DNA of 61,893 bases, counting the filler, from Choristocarpus tenellus KU-1152 (taxonomy: Eukaryota > Protista > Phaeophyceae), in the NCBI GenBank assembly GCA_964200185.2. It is 7 parts of 7 records of this genome, joined end to end, with 100 filler letters (N's around TTAATTAATTAA, not from the genome) between each part and the next. Parts side by side here need not be neighbours in the genome. Positions count along the whole stretch, not along the records: positions 47,248 to 59,111 come from CAXNAD020002095.1; positions 59,212 to 61,893 come from CAXNAD020025688.1; 5 more parts are not named here. One strand, given 5' to 3'. Position 1 is the stretch's first letter; the number at the start of each line of letters is the position of its first letter. The position numbers and the translations under genes are program-made. Under the pieces are notes generated by a model that was not told where the DNA came from, ran no database searches, and saw only the letters and a list, made by a program, of their open reading frames with translations. Positions 53,401 through 61,893 of the stretch are shown here, piece after piece.

Positions 53401-56400
53401 AGTGAGTTAATCTTTCAGCCTTTTAAGTTATTGATTGTCAAAAGTGAAATAGTGGTGTATTGTCTGATGTATGCACTGTTGCTGTTGATGCACCTGTTCT
53501 TGTCCCTTTTTTTTATGTGCAGCTTCCTCCTGATGCGTTCCGTTTGCTGTACTTCTTTATTGGGGGGGGGAGGGGGAAAGGGTTGAAATGGCCACAACCT
53601 GTCATTGCTGATCAAGGAGAAGAAGCACCATTGGTTGAGGAGGGTCATTGGCTCCATGATAGTTTTATATTGATCTTATTGGTTTGAAAAATGTTAGGGT
53701 ATTTAATGTTAGGGTATTGATGACTCTTGTCTTTGAAAAAGGATATTAAGTGTTAGGGTACTGATGACTCTTGTCTTGGAAAAATGATATTTAGTGTTAG
53801 GGTATTGATGACTCTTGTCTTTGAAAAAGGATATTTAGTGTTAGGGTATTGATGACTCTTGTCTTTGAAAAAGGATATTAAGTGTTAGGGTATTGATGAC
53901 TCTTGTCTTTGAAAAAGGATATTTAGTGTTAGGGTACTGATGACTCTTGTCTTGGAAAAATGATATTAAGTCTTTGATGCCATTATTTGCGTTTGTCTTG
54001 GGGAAAAAGGGTCTTTGTTTGGGTATTGGTGCATGTTTGTTGTTTTTTTATTGTCTTTATGGTATTGCGGTTATGTTTCCATTATTCTATTATTCCCTTA
54101 TTCCCAGGCTGGAGCAACCGCCGACACTAACTTTGTGAATGTTACCTTGCAGAGAAGCTGATGGATACTCAGCAACAGTAGAGGAAGTTGGAGAGGTAGA
54201 CGATGAGGAGCATGAAGAAGTGAGTGATGATTGATACCTCTCACATACCTCTCACAAACTACGTAGTGTGTACTCTGACTCTTGGAAGAACACACCGCCT
54301 CTTTGACAGTTGAAAATACATTTGTGGGCAGATAAGTTCTTGGTGGTGTGAGTCATCACGTGGATGAAAGGTATGGAGGCTTTCGTGTCCCCCTACGTCA
54401 CCCTATGCCTTGGGTGCCACCTCTCCACCTTTCAGTTGGTACCTAAGTATTAGCGCCATCATTCTGACCCTTACATATCATGATAGGAAATGGTGAATGG
54501 TAGAGGTCATGGTGTTTTTTTGCACAAGATTTTTTTCTCTTTCTTTAATTGTTTCTGGCAGATACCCGAGGACCTTGTAGACCTGGACCCTGACACTCAG
54601 CAATTCCGCATAAAGATCCGTGCCCTGTGGATGGTGGCTATTGGTTCTCTCTTGGTGCTAATTTTCTCAGGTGAAGAGATTTGTTTGTGAGAACCTCACG
54701 GTGTGACTGATGGTGGGAAAGCGTATCGTATTATACCTCTGGTGGTGCAACGAGCGTTCTCTAGAGGGGGTGTGTGGAACAAGAAAATATATTTAATAGT
54801 AGTTAGACGAACAGACAGTAGAAGTAGTAGTTAGATGCTTTCATCCAATGCTCCGCATAATCACTACTACTGTGAATTATTTGCTTAGAAAATACCAAGG
54901 TGAAGGATCGCCACCAACAGTTTGTTTGAACAATTGTTCCTTTTTTTCCTGTGTACATTGCTCGTGGTTTGCACTGTACTCCTTGTGCCCCTCCCCCACT
55001 ACACTCCACCCACTGCCGGAAAGAAGTACTCCGAGATTAGAATGTATCATCGCGATGTAGATCTATATTAATAGATGCCTTTCATTCCAAGTAGTGTCTC
55101 AATATCTGGTGTGCCATTCCTAATTTTGTTGACATGTCTTGTCTTGAATCTTGTCAAGACCCCATGGTGGATGTCCTCAGTGAATTGGGGACAAGGATAG
55201 ATGTATCCTCGTTTTACATCTCCTTTATACTGGCTCCTGTAGCATCCAACGCTTCGGAGCTGATTGCTGCTTACAATTTTGCCCTCAAAAAGACGTCCAA
55301 GACTATCACAATCTCCTTGTCAGCACTTCAGGTACTCTGTGTAGAGTTGATGCACCATTCTTGTCGTGGTTAGGATTATGAATAATATTACTATTATTTT
55401 TTATTATCGTTTATGTGTGGCGTTGTCTTCTGTAAGGACATGTTCAATTGGTTTCCTGGTGGGTGGTGATGTTGCAAGTAGCTAAGAGTGAAGGGAGTTG
55501 GGCATGCATTTCACTTCTTCAAAGGAGTTGATAATACTAGTGCAGGGATTTAAGTTATTTATAGTGGGGCCCTACGAATTGTTTCAGACTGGTAGGGTGC
55601 TTGCACGGACTGCTTCATTATTTGTTTTTGTGATAAGATGAGATGAGGTGAGGTGAGACTGGAGAAATCATTTTGGCATGCATCATATTGCATTTCAGTA
55701 CACCAAAATCTCGCACTAAAATGTGACGTTGTGTTATTGTTACTGTTAATGCCATTGTTATAACAATCAAAGTATCTGGGGGAGGGTGGCGGCTGTCCAT
55801 TTGGGGTCGATTTTTTCATGTCGCGATTTTTTGTTGATTTGGTTTGCATACCTCAGATGGATACTGTAAAAACACTTTTCCTGATTTTGGTCCAAACGGA
55901 CACCCTGGTGTAGACCCCCCCCCTCCCAGATACTTTGGGTCTTATATATTTCATGGAAAGAAGATAGAGTGGAATATTAGCAATTTGACATCATCGAAAT
56001 TGTAAATATCAGAACCTCTTGGAGAGGTTGATGGTTGTGATTGGGCGGCGAGGGTCATAGTTTATCTCATCATCTATGTCGTCATCAACTGTCTTCTCTC
56101 TTTTTTTGATAGTTTTGGAAATATTGTTTTGAATAGATCTACCTACAGTGGAACAGTGCACAAGGTCATTTCTAGAATTAATGAAAATATAGAAAATGGA
56201 GTTGTAAACCTTACTAAAGTGTGCCAACACTCACTTGTACTTGCTGGGTATGTTCTTGTACAGGGTGCAGCCTGCATGAACAATACCTTCAGCCTGGGAG
56301 TGTTCATGTTCCTCATCTTCTTCCGTGGACTAGCCTGGCAATACAGTGCGGAGACCACAAGCATTCTCATTGTCGAGGTAGGTTGAGAACATTGCTTTAC

Positions 56401-56443
56401 CGGGTCGGTTTCTACAATTTTAGATTTGAAGTAGAAAGTTTAA

Positions 56444-56488
<45 letters not shown>

Positions 56489-56757
56489 TTATGTGGCTAT
56501 GGGTACCTGTTGTTATTGTTGTCTGGCCCAGTGTTTTTTGTGTGTGCTGCTGCCTTCCAAGAGTACTAGTACTTGATCACGAAATTCCTCTCCCTTGGCC
56601 CCTACTGTCGTGCCAATCTATCTGTTCCATGCAGGCGATTATGGCACTTATCTCCCTCCGTAGCACCCACAGGATCATTGATGCCATTATTGTCCTTTCC
56701 CTGTATCCAATCTCTCTCTTGGTGGTAGTTATACTCGAGAGCCTTGGGTGGGACTGA
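47459..56757 (+). CDS. NCL: Sodium/calcium exchanger-like protein with two EF-hands (NCL / EF-CAX family, CaCA superfamily), about 552 aa, 13 exons
   Basis: Exons 47459-47559, 47963-48175, 48712-48925 (GC donor), 49183-49329, 49905-49982, 50553-50603, 51151-51300, 53283-53401, 54153-54219, 54562-54670, 55159-55331, 56264-56377, 56635-56757 sum to 1659 nt in one frame. Motifs: GSELLLL..GLVGSVVLPVLGAVPDGAIVLFSG..QLSVGVGALAGSTIMLLTVPW (alpha-1), EF-hands DEDSSGHLDIQE and DSDNSGLIDFQE, FSDPMVDVL..FYISFILAPVASNASE (alpha-2), GAACMNNT, C-terminal LYPISL..LESLGWD*. Confidence 0.92.
50791..50848. repeat. (ATACTCTT)n octamer tandem repeat in NCL intron 6
   Basis: About 7 units, direct reading. Confidence 0.9.
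52364..52437. repeat. About 36-bp tandem duplication in NCL intron 7
   Basis: CCGTTCCAAAACATGTACCTTTTTT..TACCTTGGAT twice. Confidence 0.85.
53707..53970 (+). repeat. 44-bp minisatellite, 6 copies, in NCL intron 8
   Basis: Unit TGTTAGGGTATTGATGACTCTTGTCTTTGAAAAAGGATATT(A/T)AG starting at 53707, 53751, 53795, 53839, 53883 and 53927. Confidence 0.95.
55764..55941. mobile_element. MITE family A (about 178 bp, CAAAGTATCTG(G)n TIRs) in NCL intron 11
   Basis: CAAAGTATCTGGGGG ... CCCAGATACTTTGGGTC; internal inverted GTCCATTTGG / CCAAA(C/T)GGAC; homologous to 37546-37729, 60366-60542 and 36607-36784. Confidence 0.85.
56448..56484. repeat. (TG)n microsatellite in NCL intron 12
   Basis: Direct reading. 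Confidence 0.95.
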
Positions 56758-57980
56758 ATGTAGTGTGTGTCAACAAGAAGAGGAAGAGGGAGGATAGGTA
56801 TCTCCTTGCGTTATAGTTTAGTAGTAATTGGTAGCACACAACAATGTTCATCAAAGAGAACACAGTTGAGTCAGCATTGGGCTACTTGGCGCTAGGTTAG
56901 GTTCTTGTTGCTGTATCATTATCAACTTGATGGAGCTAAAGAGGGAGGGAATGGGGTGTCAGCTCAATATGCCTCATGCATTTGTGCATCCATCACGTAT
57001 GGTTGAGGTAAAATAGTCAGACCTCCCTACAAAGATCTGTTTTGTTTTTTTCCTTGTAACAAGATAGATAGCTGATCCCCACTTACATGTCTAGTAGTAT
57101 TGGTTTGCTCCTTCTGAAGCATTTTTGTCAGGGATGGTGATCTGGTTTTGGAAGGAGGGTGTAGAGTGAGTAAGGAATGGAAAGTTATTCTTTGAGAGAC
57201 GACCTTCACTGTAGCAGGGATTTTAGCTGCGGCTTGAGTGGGGGGTGCTTTATCTGATGGAAGTGGGCATTGTTGTGTCTCTAGGCTTTTTTCAACAAAA
57301 TCAGAAGGTGGTAAGCAATATGCAGCTTCTGTGCTCTATGGTGTTGAGGTGTGTGCAGTTGACTTGACTCTTGTTATGAGGGTGTTGAAGGAAAATTGAT
57401 TATTTTTCTGATGGATCAGTAATGATCTAGTGGTTTACTCGGGATACTATGATGGTGTACTAGTTGGAGTTAATTCATTGTGTACACAAGAAAAAAAAAA
57501 GTTAAAGAGAAAGTGGTAGTACTACAGGATTGGCTACAACCCGGAAGTGCCAAGTGTGTCCATACCTGTAGTCTTTGCTTTTTGATCTCCCTATCACATG
57601 TCCTTGTTAAGGAGAGTAAATGCTAGAAAGTCATGGTCATGGTAAATGCTCTTGCCATAGTAATAATAAATTTTATGTATCTATATAAACCTAGCTATGC
57701 ACGTACTAGTTGATCGGTGCCAGGTTGAGAGATCTGTTGTGTACACACCTAGTGTTAACCCCCCAATACATGCATGCGTTTATGTCATGATAATTGAGAG
57801 GTTGACTGGAGAGGGAGTTATTTCTGTCCCCATTCTCCTGCTGAATGACTACCAAACAAATGTAATGTAAAGTGGAGTGTTGCGTAGAATCAGCTTAACT
57901 TACACTCCACCTGCTTCCTCTTTGCTCAGGCCTTACCGGGATCTTCCTGGTGGCAGCTACAAGTAGTGTAGATACACATT

Positions 57981-59111
57981 CTTCCTCTGTTCAGAAAGTA
58001 ACATAACTATTACAACCCTGATTGAGAAGCAAGATTTTTTCTCACCTATCCATATTTTATGGTTGTATTGTGCTGACACGAAGAAAGGTTGCCCACCAAA
58101 ATCCCAATCAAAATGGGCAGCCTACACCTACTATGATTCCGCCCTCAAAGTCCTCCAAAACTACTCTATTCCAGCAAAGTATTTCATCGCATCCACCGGG
58201 CCATTCGGGGGGAAGCTTGTCCACTTTCTCAGCCTTTTCCTTGCTAAGAAGGGTCATTTTGAAGATGTTGTCACCCTTGAACCCCAGCACTTCACTGTAG
58301 ACTGCGAAGAGACACTGCCAGACGTGCAAATCTAGTATTTGTTTCCCTGGGTACACATTGAACGCCTCCATTGTGGTCTCCACAGCTCTCCACGTGGGTC
58401 ACCCCCATGTCGATGGTGGTGGTGGTGTGACCTTCCGGTCTGGGCATACAGGTCTAGGTTCCCGAGATGACATCCTCAATCATGACCTTATACATCTACC
58501 CGTTGACTGTGACTGGTACAAGCACCTTGGTGCCTTTGGGGCGGTGTTTCCTGGAGCACTGAACAACCTGAGTGTCCACAATTTTCCAGATCCCATTTTT
58601 TCCATGGAACCACATCCAGTTGGAGAGCTTCCTAGTGTAGGGCACAGCTACATGGAGCATCACCTTCATAGCGCAATACTTATTCTGTGCCCGTGGAGGG
58701 TTTGGGGCGTTCCTCAGTGGGGTGCAGGTACACACCTTGCCCATCTTTGAGGATGTAGAACCACTTCTCGTCCACTTGTACCCAGACATAGAGATTGTCC
58801 ACTAAAACCCAACTACTACTCCCCCCTCCTCCTGTGCGTGTGACTGATGACGAAACCCACCCTGTTGACTTTCTGCTGTTCTGAAAGGACTGCTAGGAAT
58901 ATTATCAAACACATCCCATCAGCATTCCTGACATGCAAGATCCAAGTGTGGAGTCTTGGTCACAACCTCTTCCGACCTCTCGATGATATTCATCCCAAAA
59001 TATCCATCCTCAGAGATTATCGTCTTCATGTTCATCATCAATTAACAGCCGATTTCAAAAATTGAGGATGGAGCTTTTCATTGAGGATGGGCTTGACCCA
59101 AAATTGACTAG
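57981..59111 (-). mobile_element. Second degenerate, internally deleted copy of the same mariner family
   Basis: Nucleotide homology to 38353-39300 from CTTCCTCTGTTC onward; MKVMLHVAVP..WFHGKNGIWKIVD..SRKHRPKGTKVLVPVTV and EVLGFKGDNIFK (GxNxYK-like). Confidence 0.75.
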
Positions 59112-60365
59112 NNNNNNNNNNNNNNNNNNNNNNNNNNNNNNNNNNNNNNNNNNNNTTAATTAATTAANNNNNNNNNNNNNNNNNNNNNNNNNNNNNNNNN
59201 NNNNNNNNNNNAGACACCAAGCAATCTCGCCGGGTTTATCAACTTTATCCTCTTTGATGATTTTGGGGATACTTTAACACAGCCTGCCTTCCTTCCTGGT
59301 CCAACGCAGCTTCCACAGCCTTAGCTATGGTCGGGGCCACACACTCCCCTAGCTATGCCTTGACCCTCTCTGCTACTCTCGATTCAACGACTGCCTCAAT
59401 TTCTTCTGCAATGTTTCCCCCAAAGCCATGACATCCCTGACTCTTCCTTCTGCTGCTCCTCAAATCAATCAGTTCACGCACTACCTCCTGGTCCATAATG
59501 CACTATACGGAAGATGGCTCGCTCTAAAATGCCTTCGCATGCTAACAAAGAGTACGCTGCTTCACCAAGAAGAAGTTGATTATGTAGAATGTGATATTTT
59601 AAATTACAACGAAGAGTGAGTCCTATCCACAAGTGCGGATGTTGTCCTACCGTCCATTATCATCCTAGCAAACAATCTTAGAAGTTATCAAAAAATATAT
59701 TTCCTAGACCATTACTCGAACGTCATAATATTCTAATATTCCTTCAAATCACTCATGAATCATTCTAGTTACACTAGATTGCTTCGAAGACATTTGTTCA
59801 TGTTTACTGATATAGCAACATTGAGTGTGCACAGTACTACAACGCATGTCCCTATCCGAACAAAGGAACAATATGAAAAAATGACAATAAGGCTAAAAAA
59901 AAACCATGATGCCAGATATATGTATTGTGATTATATCAACGTTGAAATTTTGATGATAGATATGTCGGAAGGGGGAAAGACGAAGATCAAGGGTCCATAT
60001 TTTTCTAGAAGGATGACGATCACTTCAAAAAGGCTTCTTTATTTAAATGAACTTCAACATAGCATGAAATAACGTCCCTACGATTCAATGTTCACACTAC
60101 GAATATGCCTCCAGCCTATATAGCCCTACAAAGGTGTGTAAGAAGCGAGGGAAGAATCCCAATCACCTATAAGGCAACTTCACATCCACCGATCAGGCGT
60201 CTCCAGCTTGAAGCCCATGACCCACCTTGAAATATCTACCCGTGCAATTTCTGTCAAGGACAAGGAACCAACATGAAGCTAACTTGAACCTGCGGCCAGA
60301 AAGGCAATGCAAAAGAGCAAAACAATTAGGATACATGTGCCAAAAGTCCAGACCCATCAGTCAAA

Positions 60366-60542
60366 GACCCAAAGTATCTGGGGGGGGGGGGGTCTACACC
60401 AGGGTGTCCATTTGGGCCAAAATGAAGAAAAGTGCATTTACATTATCCATCCAATGTATGCAACCAAATCACCCAAAAATCGCAACATGAAAAAATTAAC
60501 CCCAAATGGACAGCCGTCACTCCCCCCCCAGACACCAGAGTC
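60366..60542. mobile_element. MITE family A copy
   Basis: GACCCAAAGTATCTG(G)n start; body closely matches 37546-37729; right TIR degenerate. Confidence 0.8.
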
Positions 60543-61860
60543 AAATCTACGGACAGGAAAAAATTATAGAGAAAGAAAAGCAAAATTCAGGGATCAGTTC
60601 CAGCATCGAGGACTATTGTGCGTTTAAAAAGAGGCACATATCTACGTGCACTTCAAGGTATGTAGGATTTAGTCCTCATGCCCACTAGATGCAACCTACT
60701 ACCATCGACATCAACAAGAGTAACCAGGCCATGCAAAGAATCCAGTCCCCTTCCCCTCCAAAGATAAACAAGAGAAGAAGCTCAGCAGATCCTATCACGT
60801 CTGGCTGGTGGCCAACACTACTGTTAGTGTGATGGGTTGTGGAACCTCAGCGATATTTCAAGCTTCTACGAAGTGTTTTACTCCATCCTCCACACGTCTG
60901 TACCACCCGTTTAAGTCTTCGAGAAGTGAAACCCATGATCAGCTGTAGTGTTGAAAGCCTCGAGGTCATCTTGAAGGCACCACCACCAAGGTATCTCTAG
61001 ACCGAATAATAGTTCTCATGTCATGCGACACCTAACGTACCTCATACAAGATGCCCCAATCAGATCGGCTCACAACAATATTGAAATTTACTTTGCTTTG
61101 TTTTTTTCTTTTGAGTGCATTAGTCTTCTCTTCCTCATCCCCAGATCATTAACTTTACTCATCACACCTTGGATGTCATAGCACAAAATATTCACACAAT
61201 ACCTTATTTTGGACATTTGCTTTTCCCATAACAATAGTGAAGATGAAAATTAACGTGGCACTACTATTTATTTCCTGTAGAACCAGTCCAAAACACACAC
61301 AACCAAAATTTTGAATAGAGAAGATTTGCGACTTGAGTCCAACCAACTAAAAGGATTTTTAAGATTTTAAGAATTTTAAGATCCAGAAAAAGGGGAAAAA
61401 TATTCCATTTCGTATAATTGCCGAAAGAGCCTTTGCTGAATTGTGGTGGCACTTTGTGTGTGGAAAGGGGACATCAACTTTGCATTTACTATTGTGCACA
61501 TGAAGCAATGAATAGAGTGTAATTGCATAGGGTAAGAAAACGACCTAGAAAGCAAAATGGTCCAAACCTGCGTACCTATCGATTGGTTTGACTCTTACAA
61601 TTAAATTGAATCGAATAAGCTCCCACTGGTAAATTGTGAATCATCTCTTGGGTCATAGTATGCAGTCAGCGAGCGACGAAGTCAGTGAGAAAACAGGGCC
61701 CCAAACTGGTGAGGGACCTCGCTGGAGGTGAAAAATCCGAAGGCTAACACCCGTTTTGCTTTACTCCCTCCCTCGCAAAACTGGACCGCATTGTTCTGTT
61801 TGTTAAGTAGTGAAGGGATGAATACTCTCGGCAAGTACTCCACAATTCTCCAAAATATAT

Positions 61861-61893
61861 GGGTCGAAGTATCTGGGGGGGGGGGTGACGGCG
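61861..61893. mobile_element. MITE family A terminus, cut by window edge (other lone termini at 29722-29764 and 47030-47057)
   Basis: GGGTCGAAGTATCTG(G)nTGACGG matches the family A end seen at 55764-55795. Confidence 0.7.

Noticed and set aside
53707-53970. CRISPR-like regular repeat
   Set aside because: Head-to-tail units with no unique spacers, inside a eukaryotic intron, and no cas genes.
59212-59560. Coding-like helical stretch on - (EEIEAVVESRVAERVKA*..)
   Set aside because: In-frame stop, no recognisable family, truncated by a spacer.

Overview
Eukaryotic, intron-rich, AT-leaning genomic DNA, most likely a brown alga (the light-harvesting protein reads like brown-algal Lhcf/FCP). The window is seven contigs joined by six artificial 100-bp spacers (44 N + TTAATTAATTAA + 44 N), so adjacency across spacers is unproven. 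Three host genes are supportable. (1) A 21-exon (possibly 23-exon) EDC4/VARICOSE/Ge-1-like decapping scaffold on + (5958-24497, possibly to 25501). (2) The 3' part of an Lhcf fucoxanthin-chlorophyll a/c protein on - (42398-42776). (3) A complete 13-exon EF-hand Na+/Ca2+ exchanger-like (NCL/EF-CAX) gene on + (47459-56757, about 552 aa, one GC-AG intron). The rest is mostly decayed transposons: about six CRE-like (RLE-type) non-LTR retrotransposon relics, a Ty1/copia relic in an EDC4 intron, two plant-mariner (DD39D-like) relics with Stowaway-type ends, and a possible Tc1/IS630-like relic. There are also two related MITE families sharing an AAAGTATCT terminal core and a subterminal CCATTTGG motif; one has 4-bp TSDs and GAG..CTC ends (Sola2-like by inference). 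I found no unambiguous new multi-gene system. The best leads are the two-family MITE system, G-rich-5'/C-rich-3' polarity of EDC4 introns, the unusual EDC4 architecture, and the CRE-like retroelement cluster. All family calls come from motif recognition by eye; no searches were run.
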